Virus record (IMG/VR): IMGVR_UViG_3300022744_000022
Span: 124,001 to 188,000 of that record
Length of the DNA stretch: 64,000 bases
Reading direction: 5' to 3' (one strand)
The translations under genes were made by a program, and so were the position numbers. The notes below the pieces were generated by a model that saw nothing but the letters and a program-made list of their open reading frames with translations, was not told where the DNA came from and searched no databases. Shown here one piece after another: positions 44,457 to 52,570 of this stretch (positions are counted from its first letter, which is position 1; each line of letters begins with the position of its first letter).

Positions 44457-45104
44457 ATGTCTCCCAAGTACCCCCGCACCTTTCATCTCCCGTACAGCCC
44501 TGGCGGCACGTCGGATGACCGTCGCCTGACGGACACCCGGTCGCTGATCGGTCGTCCGTTGGTCATCACTGAGAAAATGGACGGATCCAACGTGTCGATG
44601 GAGCGCCAAGGGTGCTTCGCTCGAAGCCACGCTTCGGCTCCGAACCACCCGAGCTTCGATGCCTTCAAGGCGTCCCATGCAGCGGTCAAACACCTGATCC
44701 CGGAAGGGGTCCAGGTGTTCGGTGAGTGGCTGTACGCCCTGCACAGCATCGGCTACCAGGCTCTCCCGAGCTACTTCCAGGTGTTCGGAGTGCGGGCCAA
44801 CGGGCTGTGGGCCTCGTGGGCGGAAGTCGAGCTGTGGGCTCAAGAGCTGGGCACCGTGACGGCCCCGCTGCTAGTCGGTCCCCGCTGCTTCGAGAACCAG
44901 AACGACCTTCAGGACTGCGTAGAGCAGTTGGTCCGCAAGCCCTCGGCCTGCGGGGGCGAGCGGGAAGGCTGTGTGGTTCGCCTGGCTGGCGAGTTCGCGG
45001 ATCAGGACTTCGGTACCTCGGTAGCGAAGTGGGTCCGAAAAGATCACGTCAACACGGACGACCACTGGAGCACCCAAGAGATCGTCAAGAACCGCTTGGG
45101 GTAA
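44457..45104 (+). CDS. ATP-dependent RNA ligase (Rnl2-like)
   Basis: TEKMDGSN motif I, VFGEW, EGCVVR, AKWV. Confidence 0.85.
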   Translation: MSPKYPRTFHLPYSPGGTSDDRRLTDTRSLIGRPLVITEKMDGSNVSMERQGCFARSHASAPNHPSFDAFKASHAAVKHLIPEGVQVFGEWLYALHSIGYQALPSYFQVFGVRANGLWASWAEVELWAQELGTVTAPLLVGPRCFENQNDLQDCVEQLVRKPSACGGEREGCVVRLAGEFADQDFGTSVAKWVRKDHVNTDDHWSTQEIVKNRLG

Positions 45105-45129
45105 AAACAACGAAACACCGGAGAGGGGG

Positions 45130-45155
45130 CTAGAGTTTAGCCTCTCTCCGGTGTA
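45130..45155 (+). promoter_or_regulatory. CTAGAGTT-N12-GGTGTA promoter overlapping a hairpin (45118-45151)
   Basis: 9 nt before ATG 45165. Confidence 0.7.
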
Positions 45156-45164
45156 GTAGTAATC

Positions 45165-45563
45165 ATGGGCCTGCCGCAACACCGCGTCGTTCACATTCTG
45201 CACCAAGGGCTTGCGCTCTGCGGCGCTGGACTGCCCAACAGTTGGCCCACAGCTCACCGCTGGGTGTCGATTGCGGACTACCCGAACGAGATCGGCAAGA
45301 ACAGCTTCTGTCACGAGTGTGAGGCGGTCATGACCATCCCGATCAAACAGCAAGAAGACCCTGAGCCCCCTTTCGAGGAGTGCTGCTTCTGCTTCAAATC
45401 CACACGGTTCTGGACCGTGCTGCCGGACCGCAAGGGCGGGGAGCAGGTAGCGTGCTGCCAACCGTGTTCCAAGCTCCACATCCCGTCGCAGGTGCCCTCA
45501 AAGCCCGACTGGTGTGCGGAAGCGCGTAAGAGGCGTCCCAGACTCTACCCGGGGCAACCATGA
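45165..45563 (+). CDS. Two-zinc-finger protein
   Basis: H..LC...CHEC and CCFC...CCQPC. Confidence 0.75.
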   Translation: MGLPQHRVVHILHQGLALCGAGLPNSWPTAHRWVSIADYPNEIGKNSFCHECEAVMTIPIKQQEDPEPPFEECCFCFKSTRFWTVLPDRKGGEQVACCQPCSKLHIPSQVPSKPDWCAEARKRRPRLYPGQP

Positions 45564-45853
45564 CCCGCCGTTCCGCAGTCATGCAGATCAGCTCGCAAGA
45601 GGTCTTCTGGGTCCCTGAGTCCAAGTGTGTGGACCTACCGGGGAAGCCGCTCAGGGTGTGGACCCTGGCGTCCCACTCGGACCCCAACACGAAGCCGAAG
45701 TTACCCATCACCCCACAGCACGGGTTCAACGCCTTCCTCGAAGACGAGAGGCATGACTGGACCTACCACATGCTCGGGGGAGAGCCTTGGCTCAGGTACA
45801 ACAGCCGAGTGCGAGATCACTCGGTCTGGATCCTCTGCGAGTTCAAGCCGTGA
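45560..45853 (+). CDS. Hypothetical protein
   Basis: ATGA overlap. Confidence 0.65.
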   Translation: MTRRSAVMQISSQEVFWVPESKCVDLPGKPLRVWTLASHSDPNTKPKLPITPQHGFNAFLEDERHDWTYHMLGGEPWLRYNSRVRDHSVWILCEFKP

Positions 45854-46275
45854 CCCCACAAGCCATCGATCAGGAACTCCGCCACCTTCGCTTGAAGTTC
45901 GAGCGCGAGCCCTCGGAGTTTCTCAAAGGACGCATCGCCCTCATGGAGCGGGTCCAAGAGGCGTGCCGAGCAGTCCAACCCGCTTCGATTCTAGAGGGGA
46001 GTTTGGCTGAGTGCCGTGATTGCAAAGGTTATGTGCCTGGCTTCATGGTCTTTGATTGGGTGTGGTTGGAGGGGTGGCCCTCGTACCCAGCCGAAAAGAA
46101 CGCTTTGGAGGAACGCTTTGGGAGTGGGGATCTCAGGGCAATTCTAGAGTTGTGTGTGCCTTGCCTAGAGGCTCGTTTGAAGCGCCCCCTCAGGACAGAG
46201 GATGTCTTGGCGATCCCTTTCAACGCTTGGCTTCTTACTCGACTTTATATCGCGAAATTGGGGCAAAATGATTGA
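45850..46275 (+). CDS. Hypothetical protein with CxxC...W..C motif
   Basis: GTGA overlap at 45850. Confidence 0.65.
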   Translation: MTPQAIDQELRHLRLKFEREPSEFLKGRIALMERVQEACRAVQPASILEGSLAECRDCKGYVPGFMVFDWVWLEGWPSYPAEKNALEERFGSGDLRAILELCVPCLEARLKRPLRTEDVLAIPFNAWLLTRLYIAKLGQND

Positions 46276-46588
46276 CCCTCACCTGTTCACGGTCGAGAGC
46301 TTGCTCAAAGCGTTGCTTGACGACGCATACGGCAACCGCGACATGTGGCGGCAGTTGGCAGAGATCATTCCGAACTACTTCCCGCCAAGCCCAAGACCTG
46401 AGGTCGAGGTTCAGCAAGTCCTACCTGAGTTGCAACCTAAATGCGTGGTGCGGGTAGGATCGTCGTTCTTGCGTTACTCAAAAGGGCCCCGCCAGGGTTT
46501 CTTTTGGGACCTATACGGGGACGACTTCCAGACTCCTGAACTGGCATTGCTTGCCCTTCTACAAGCGCCCGTTCCACCTATGCCTTAG
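46268..46588 (+). CDS. Hypothetical protein
   Basis: Start ATG 46268. Confidence 0.65.
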   Translation: MIDPHLFTVESLLKALLDDAYGNRDMWRQLAEIIPNYFPPSPRPEVEVQQVLPELQPKCVVRVGSSFLRYSKGPRQGFFWDLYGDDFQTPELALLALLQAPVPPMP

Positions 46589-46619
46589 AGATTCGTGAGG
46601 CGCGAGCCAGAGCCCTACG

Positions 46620-46979
46620 ATGAGCTACTCGTACACAGAACCACCCCCGTGTAACGAGTGCGGGATCTGTTGCACCACCAACCTGGAGTTTGGGCGAGGG
46701 GGCTACGTCCAGCTCACCGAAGCAGACTACGCACGGTTGCCTGAGAAGTATCGGCTCAAGGTCGTTCTTGAATCCGACCTCAATGTGGACCGGCTAGGGA
46801 TCAAAGGAACGCCTGAGACGGGGTACCGTTGCACGGCCCTCAAAGGGATCCCTAATCACAAGACTTCGTGCGACATTTACGAACAGCGCCCTACGGTTTG
46901 CCGGACCTTCGAGCGAGGATCACCGGATTGCCGTAAAGAACGTGCCAACTGGCTCTTCAACGATCGGAATCGTCCATGA
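46620..46979 (+). CDS. YkgJ-family CxxCxxCC zinc/iron-chelating protein
   Basis: CNECGICC...RCTAL...CDIYEQRPTVCRTF. Confidence 0.88.
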   Translation: MSYSYTEPPPCNECGICCTTNLEFGRGGYVQLTEADYARLPEKYRLKVVLESDLNVDRLGIKGTPETGYRCTALKGIPNHKTSCDIYEQRPTVCRTFERGSPDCRKERANWLFNDRNRP

Positions 46980-47467
46980 CCACTGACACCAAACCTCGGA
47001 TCAACACCATCCACAATCTCGGGCCCATCGACCCCGTGGAGCCCGGACACACGTACGAGTTCCTGTTTGGCATGAGCACACGAGCCGGTCACGTACACGA
47101 GCGGGGCTCGCTCCTGCACGTCGAAGACCGCACCACCCGAACCCCGCATGGGGAGATCAGTGAATCCGGAAGCAACTGGGTGTGCCGAACCCAGCACGGC
47201 ACGTCCGTGTGGGCTACTCTTGAGCAGTGCCTGTCCCGGGGCATGCTCAAACGCCTGAGGGACTACACGGTTTACTTCTGGAACGGGGAGCTGGGGGCAG
47301 ACCCCAAGGACCGTCGGGGACGCCCTCTCGTACACAACACCGTCATGGGCTTCACAGCCGACGACCTCGAAAATCTGACGGGCCACTACGACGTGATGAT
47401 CACGACGAGCACTTGCCCGCCCGTCCTATACCTCAACAAGGTCGGTGGGAAATTCGGCCAGCGCTAG
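46976..47467 (+). CDS. Hypothetical protein
   Basis: 163 aa. Confidence 0.75.
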   Translation: MTTDTKPRINTIHNLGPIDPVEPGHTYEFLFGMSTRAGHVHERGSLLHVEDRTTRTPHGEISESGSNWVCRTQHGTSVWATLEQCLSRGMLKRLRDYTVYFWNGELGADPKDRRGRPLVHNTVMGFTADDLENLTGHYDVMITTSTCPPVLYLNKVGGKFGQR

Positions 47468-47946
47468 TCGTCTGCCAGATGATCCCAAAGGGTCACTGGC
47501 TTAGCAGCGGTCTCCGGCGTAGGGGTGTCTCGCCTGTAGAGACGACGCTGATACAGGGGTTGCAGATCAGGCTCAACCCGTTCCCCAAACCGGGTGAGCG
47601 CTTCGATCATCCCACGTGAGATCCTGGCATCCGAACGTATACGGATCCTGACCCTGGAGGGGTGGACTTCCACACCGTGAAATCCGATCTCGGCGGCGAG
47701 CGCTTGGATCGTTTGAACGAGGTGCCGATCCAGATCCCGTTCACCGGCCACGTGATCCTCGACCTCAAGCCACCCTTCACGATCTCGGGAGCGTGCAGGG
47801 TTCACGATGAGCCGACGCAGGTAGCTTAGCGCCAAGACCGTGGAACGCCCTGTACGGCGGTAGTCCTCGGTCCCATCATGGAGCCAGTCCAAGGCTTCCA
47901 GAGCCCTGCGTTGAGGCGGCGTGAGCGAGAAGACGGGTGGGGGCAC
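47464..47946 (-). CDS. Hypothetical protein ending PVTLWDHLADD
   Basis: GGTGTA 9 nt before GTG. Confidence 0.75.
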   Translation of the reverse strand: MPPPVFSLTPPQRRALEALDWLHDGTEDYRRTGRSTVLALSYLRRLIVNPARSRDREGWLEVEDHVAGERDLDRHLVQTIQALAAEIGFHGVEVHPSRVRIRIRSDARISRGMIEALTRFGERVEPDLQPLYQRRLYRRDTPTPETAAKPVTLWDHLADD

Positions 47947-47965
47947 TCTGTAGAGTACACCGGGT

Positions 47966-48199
47966 TCAGTCGAGCAGCCGGTGGGCGCTCAGCACCGATC
48001 CATCCGGCTTGAAGACAACGAGCACGGGGGTCCCATTCTCAATCGCCCGTTTGGAGTGCCCGTTTGCGTACACGACCAACGGGAAACGAACCGAGGTATC
48101 GTCGTCCAGCCGCACCTGTATCGAGAGCGACCTCGGGTAGACGTTGAGGATCACGCCTCGCTGGGTCTTGACCTCAGGGGTTTTCGGCTTCTTTGCCAC
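47966..48199 (-). CDS. Small beta-rich (OB/S1-like?) protein
   Basis: RGVILNV...VRL...G..V.V; fold tentative. Confidence 0.6.
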   Translation of the reverse strand: MAKKPKTPEVKTQRGVILNVYPRSLSIQVRLDDDTSVRFPLVVYANGHSKRAIENGTPVLVVFKPDGSVLSAHRLLD

Positions 48200-48239
48200 C
48201 CCTACGCCTGTGCCTTATGAAGTGTGTCCACCAAAGGGC

Positions 48240-48425
48240 CTACACCACCAAAAGCCAGTAGGCGATCCCTGCGAAGACCGCGACGGTGATTCCAAACAAC
48301 GCCCCCACAACCAGCCGATCCCCAAGCTGCAAGCTACGCCCCACAGGACAGACGCAGTAGCGGTACCGATCATCATCTGGTCCCACAGGAAGCGAGCCCG
48401 AATCTTGGCACCAGCGGCATGTCAT
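48240..48425 (-). CDS. Small zinc-finger membrane protein
   Basis: CRWC..CVC plus C-terminal TM. Confidence 0.65.
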   Translation of the reverse strand: MTCRWCQDSGSLPVGPDDDRYRYCVCPVGRSLQLGDRLVVGALFGITVAVFAGIAYWLLVV

Positions 48426-48775
48426 GTGTGCCTGGTCTTGATATCCGTAGCCACAACCTGCACGAACCGCTGGTACGCCTCAGGGTCCTTTTCTTTGAAG
48501 AGTTCCAGGGCGCGATAGAGATTCATGTACGCGGGGTTGAACACGGGGACCCCCTGCACCTCAACCAAGATAGCGGCCATCACCGTGTGGTTCCCGAGGA
48601 TGCGAATGTCTGTCGCATCCTCAAGAACTTGACGACTTGTCCACACTCTTGTGTCCCCAGGGAGGGCTTCAACCCGAGTGGCGGGGTACCGCTCTGCGAT
48701 AGCTTCCTCGGCCTGTACTTGCTCTCTGGAGTGTTGGAGCCCCTCTTGGATCGTGGTCATGACGCAACCGCCCAC
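48422..48775 (-). CDS. Hypothetical protein
   Basis: Start likely ATG 48760. Confidence 0.7.
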   Translation of the reverse strand: MGGCVMTTIQEGLQHSREQVQAEEAIAERYPATRVEALPGDTRVWTSRQVLEDATDIRILGNHTVMAAILVEVQGVPVFNPAYMNLYRALELFKEKDPEAYQRFVQVVATDIKTRHT

Positions 48776-49113
48776 TTGAGGTTGCTGAATCGAACCTCGA
48801 TAGACGAGGTAAGGTGATGCCGCAACACCTTATCCTCACTGACCTGGAGTTCCCGGTTGGACATCTTCGATAGGTACTCGAAGATGTTACCGTCCTGATC
48901 AAGAAGCTTGAGCACCGTTCCAGGGTCGGGATCCGCAGGCAAGTCCACCGTGATCTCATCGTGCGTCATCATCACGATACGGGGCTCTTGGAGCGAGAAC
49001 CCGAGCGGTGCAACAGGGGCCTTTGCGGAAATCTTGCGACGGGGCGCTTGGCCCACAACAAGGCCAACAGCCACTGCGCCCAAGGCGGTCAAGAATCGTC
49101 TTCGCGTGGTCAT
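48757..49113 (-). CDS. Protein with twin-arginine-like leader
   Basis: MTTRRRFLTALGAVAVGLVV. Confidence 0.65.
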   Translation of the reverse strand: MTTRRRFLTALGAVAVGLVVGQAPRRKISAKAPVAPLGFSLQEPRIVMMTHDEITVDLPADPDPGTVLKLLDQDGNIFEYLSKMSNRELQVSEDKVLRHHLTSSIEVRFSNLKWAVAS

Positions 49114-49637
49114 AGGGTGTCCCTTTTCATGTCAGGCCCACGCGGGGTTTCGACTGCTTTCAACCACGGGGTAATGCACTGCCCCTCAGCAAGATCTTCT
49201 GTGTCTGGGGGGACCCAACAAGCCCAAAAGCTGTCTAGGGTAGCGGCACCGCCCACCCCCTCGGTGATGCAGCTCGTCTCCCACTCTTTACCGCAGCAGG
49301 CATACGCGAAGAGCGTTGTTCTTTGTTCCGCAGCTAGAATGCGAAGGGGGCGACACGGTTTTTGACAACTAGGGCAAAATCGACAGTATTGGTTCCAAGC
49401 ACGACGTACATACAGGTAAGCACGTCGTAGGATCCCCCAGTTGTCCTCCATCCGTCCGATCGTTTGATTGCACCGGCCACAAAGCAAACCCCGCACCTGC
49501 CCCGTTTGATGATCGTGATCTACAGCGAGCGAACGGTTTTCAACCCGTTCTGGTTTCAAACAGATCCAACAGCGATCACCGCTGATCTCAACCATTTGAG
49601 CACGATCATCCTTGGACACTTTAGCCTGTACCCTCAC
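49110..49637 (-). CDS. Endonuclease VII-family nuclease
   Basis: CWIC...LAVDHDHQTGQVRGLLCGRCN. Confidence 0.88.
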   Translation of the reverse strand: MRVQAKVSKDDRAQMVEISGDRCWICLKPERVENRSLAVDHDHQTGQVRGLLCGRCNQTIGRMEDNWGILRRAYLYVRRAWNQYCRFCPSCQKPCRPLRILAAEQRTTLFAYACCGKEWETSCITEGVGGAATLDSFWACWVPPDTEDLAEGQCITPWLKAVETPRGPDMKRDTL

Positions 49638-50443
49638 AGCGACACCTCGTGAAAGCCGTTGGGGAAGATCCGCTTAGGCTTGGATCCCTGACGAACCCAG
49701 AAGTCGCCGTTCGGTTGCTGTCCGTTGGGACGTAGCGCACTCAACCTCGGAACGATCAAGGGCAAGATAGTCGGGGGCAACGGTTGACGCTGGCTCGGGG
49801 CTTGGTTCATCGGGCCCACAAGGTTCGACTCGAACTCGCCCGCTGGGTCGCCCCAGATCAACGTGTGGTCTACTCGAACATCACCGGGGACAGGCGGCCG
49901 ACCATCATGGGCATCGACCGTCGGGAAGAACAACCACTTCGGGAACCGGGGCCGGTACCACCAAAGCAAGGGTTCAGCCTTGATCGTGCCCGACCAGCAG
50001 CACACCGCGATGGGCCACCCCGGGTAAAGCTTCTGGTACTCCGTGAAGAAGCCGGGGGCCACCGTCGGGCGCTTGTGCTCCGCCACGTACCCGAGGGCCT
50101 GCGGGATCGCTTCAGCGTCGGTCGCGAGCACCACTGTGTACGAACCTGAATCGAAGATCTGGACCCCAGCCCCAATGAGCGGGCCACCCTTGGTCATCGA
50201 CCGGGACCGCATCCGGCACATCATGTCCATGTCTTCGAGAAGCCAAGGGGTCGCCCGAGTGTCCACGAGGTTGTGGGGCCCCATGGCCTCAAGAGTCGGG
50301 ATCGGGAGGATCATCGCGTTGGGTCCGCGAGAGTTGGCCCGGTTCTGGTACCCGAGCACATGGGCCTCAGCCCCCTCGTGCTGGACAGAGGCCGTGTAGA
50401 TGATGGTGCCGGAGAGGGTGGCTTGGCCGAGCGTGACGCACAT
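49634..50443 (-). CDS. Hypothetical protein (269 aa)
   Basis: GGTGTA 10 nt before ATG. Confidence 0.8.
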   Translation of the reverse strand: MCVTLGQATLSGTIIYTASVQHEGAEAHVLGYQNRANSRGPNAMILPIPTLEAMGPHNLVDTRATPWLLEDMDMMCRMRSRSMTKGGPLIGAGVQIFDSGSYTVVLATDAEAIPQALGYVAEHKRPTVAPGFFTEYQKLYPGWPIAVCCWSGTIKAEPLLWWYRPRFPKWLFFPTVDAHDGRPPVPGDVRVDHTLIWGDPAGEFESNLVGPMNQAPSQRQPLPPTILPLIVPRLSALRPNGQQPNGDFWVRQGSKPKRIFPNGFHEVSL

Positions 50444-50533
50444 GGCTCTTATCTACACCGGCTGGCTCTGTTGAAAAAGGCTCTTGACGCCCCACTAGGT
50501 CTTCTGTCAGTCTCCTGCCTGTAGTGGGCTCAG

Positions 50534-50652
50534 TGGCTGCTGGCCCGGTACGCAACGAAAAGTGGTCTCCGTTCGGCCTCCCGAACTGGATCTGACCGCT
50601 CGCCCTGTCGTGCGTCCTGAAACTGCCGGTGAACCCGGCTTGCCAGTAGCCA
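50534..50652 (+). ncRNA. Structured 119-nt RNA (Y-RNA-like candidate) directly upstream of rtcB
   Basis: 11-bp terminal stem TGGCTGCTGGC/GCCAGTAGCCA with nested inner helices; TGTAGT 8 nt upstream. Confidence 0.55.
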
Positions 50653-50655
50653 AAA

Positions 50656-52074
50656 ATGTCCAAGACCCTTGGGGCCCTGCGTGCCCTGTTGCGTGAGGGG
50701 TTGTCCGTCGAACAAGACGGCAACCTCGTGTGTGTTCGGCCTCTAAACCACCCTGACGGCCTCCCGGCGGAAGTGCTGCTTCCCCGGGATCACCCGCTCG
50801 AACCGAAGGCTCTCAAACAGCTCTCGGATTTCGCACAGGTGCGTCACCCGGCAGGCGGGGAGGTCCTGCAAGCGTTCGCCACCCCGGACTTCCACCCGGG
50901 ATCCGTGGTGCCGATCGGGTGCGTCTTGGCCACCAGCCAAGACATCGTGATCCCCGATGCCATTGGGACCGATATCAACTGCGGAATGCGTATGCATATT
51001 GCGGACTTGACGGTCGATCAGCTCATGGCCAAAAAGCCCGAGTGGCTCAAGGCCATGAAGGGCGACCTGTTGATGAGCACTCGGGACCTTCCGATGTCGG
51101 TGGCTCAGATCAGGGCGATGTTCCGCACAGGACCGTTTGGGTGGCTCGAAGAAGTCGGGAAGCGGCCCTTGGGTATGCTGGGGCGCTCGGACCTCAGGCA
51201 GCTCCAGGGGGAGCTAGACCAGAGCTTCGGGCTCGGGAGCCTCGATGGGGATGACCGTTACGCCCCACAGGAAATGATGCCGGAGGACCGGGACACCATC
51301 CGGGACTGCTTCATCGGCACCATTGGGGGCGGCAACCACTTCGTGGAACTCCAGGTTGTCGAGGAGATCTTGGACAAGGGTTGGGCGTTCCGGTGGGGGA
51401 TCAGGAAGAACCAGATCGCCGTGATGGCCCACTCAGGGTCCCGTCGAGTTGGCATCATCGTGGGGCAGTCCTGGATGCAGCATGCCCGGGAGCGGTGGCC
51501 CCAAGGAGTCCCGCACCCTGAGAACGACATCTTCGCCCTGCACGGCAAGGATGCCTTGGCCTACGTGACCGCGATGAACACGGCAGCCAATTACGCGGCG
51601 GTGAACCGGCTCTTGCTTGTGGAGATGGTCCGGGACCGGCTCCGCCAGAGCTTCCCCGGGCTTGAGCTACCGCTGGTGTTCGACGCCCCGCACAACATCG
51701 TGACCCAAGAGAACGGGTTCATGATCCACCGGAAGGGCGCTACGCCTGCCCACCTGAATCAGCCGGTCCTGATCCCGGGCTCCATGGGACAACCGAGCTT
51801 CTTGATGGTCGGGCACGGCAACCAACGCTTTCTACAGTCAGCCTCGCACGGGGCGGGTCGGAAACTGTCCAGGCGAGACATGCACCGGCTCGACAAGCAA
51901 GGCCTGGACCTTGGGCTCGATGCCGTGGAGTGCATCACGCTCAAGAATGAGCGGCTCGTGCAAGAAGCGCCCGCTGCCTACAAGGACATCGGTCCCGTGG
52001 TGCAGGTGCAGGCTGAGGCGGGGATTGCTTCGCCGGTAGCGAGGATGCGGCCGTTGCTGACGTTCAAGGGGTAA
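50656..52074 (+). CDS. rtcB: RtcB RNA ligase
   Basis: PDFH, DINCG, GGGNHF.E, HSGSR, HRKGA, PGSMG, SHGAGR, EAPAAYK. Confidence 0.93.
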   Translation: MSKTLGALRALLREGLSVEQDGNLVCVRPLNHPDGLPAEVLLPRDHPLEPKALKQLSDFAQVRHPAGGEVLQAFATPDFHPGSVVPIGCVLATSQDIVIPDAIGTDINCGMRMHIADLTVDQLMAKKPEWLKAMKGDLLMSTRDLPMSVAQIRAMFRTGPFGWLEEVGKRPLGMLGRSDLRQLQGELDQSFGLGSLDGDDRYAPQEMMPEDRDTIRDCFIGTIGGGNHFVELQVVEEILDKGWAFRWGIRKNQIAVMAHSGSRRVGIIVGQSWMQHARERWPQGVPHPENDIFALHGKDALAYVTAMNTAANYAAVNRLLLVEMVRDRLRQSFPGLELPLVFDAPHNIVTQENGFMIHRKGATPAHLNQPVLIPGSMGQPSFLMVGHGNQRFLQSASHGAGRKLSRRDMHRLDKQGLDLGLDAVECITLKNERLVQEAPAAYKDIGPVVQVQAEAGIASPVARMRPLLTFKG

Positions 52075-52078
52075 GCAC

Positions 52079-52300
52079 ATGAACTGCATTGTTAAATGGA
52101 CTGGCTGGGTCATGAACGAAGAAAAACGGTGGCTTCGTGTTGAGTACCGCCACACGCAAGTGAGCGTACGCTTGGTGTCGCAACAGGAGGCCACCGTCTT
52201 TCCCATGCGCCGCGATGCTACGGCATTCTGCAAAAAGCACATACGCAAAGGGCGGTTCGGCGGTGATCTCAAGGGGCTAGAGTTTCTCCCGGCCGGGTGA
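52079..52300 (+). CDS. Hypothetical protein
   Basis: 73 aa. Confidence 0.6.
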   Translation: MNCIVKWTGWVMNEEKRWLRVEYRHTQVSVRLVSQQEATVFPMRRDATAFCKKHIRKGRFGGDLKGLEFLPAG

Positions 52301-52527
52301 TCGGGATTGCTTCTATCGGGAACCCTCAGTGGAGGTCCCCGATGGTGAACCTGTTCAACTTCAACCCCGCTCAACCCGCGACCCCGCCATCTGCGCCCCA
52401 ACCCGCAGCCCCTGGGGACACGCCCCCACTCATGGCTCAGGACGAGAACGGGAAGTGGAAGTTCCACCGTAACCCTGTGAGCGCTTTGTTCTGGGATCGC
52501 CTCCCCGCCTCTTTGAAACACGAGTGA
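52297..52527 (+). CDS. Small Pro-rich protein
   Basis: GGAGG precedes internal ATG (MVNLF); ends LFWDRLPASLKHE. Confidence 0.6.
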   Translation: MIGIASIGNPQWRSPMVNLFNFNPAQPATPPSAPQPAAPGDTPPLMAQDENGKWKFHRNPVSALFWDRLPASLKHE

Positions 52528-52570
52528 ATCTCGCCAGACAGCAGCAGCGCCTTACGCCGGAGAAAGCCTC

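Noticed and set aside
50656-52074. Intein or intron in RtcB
   Set aside because: Normal length with contiguous motifs.
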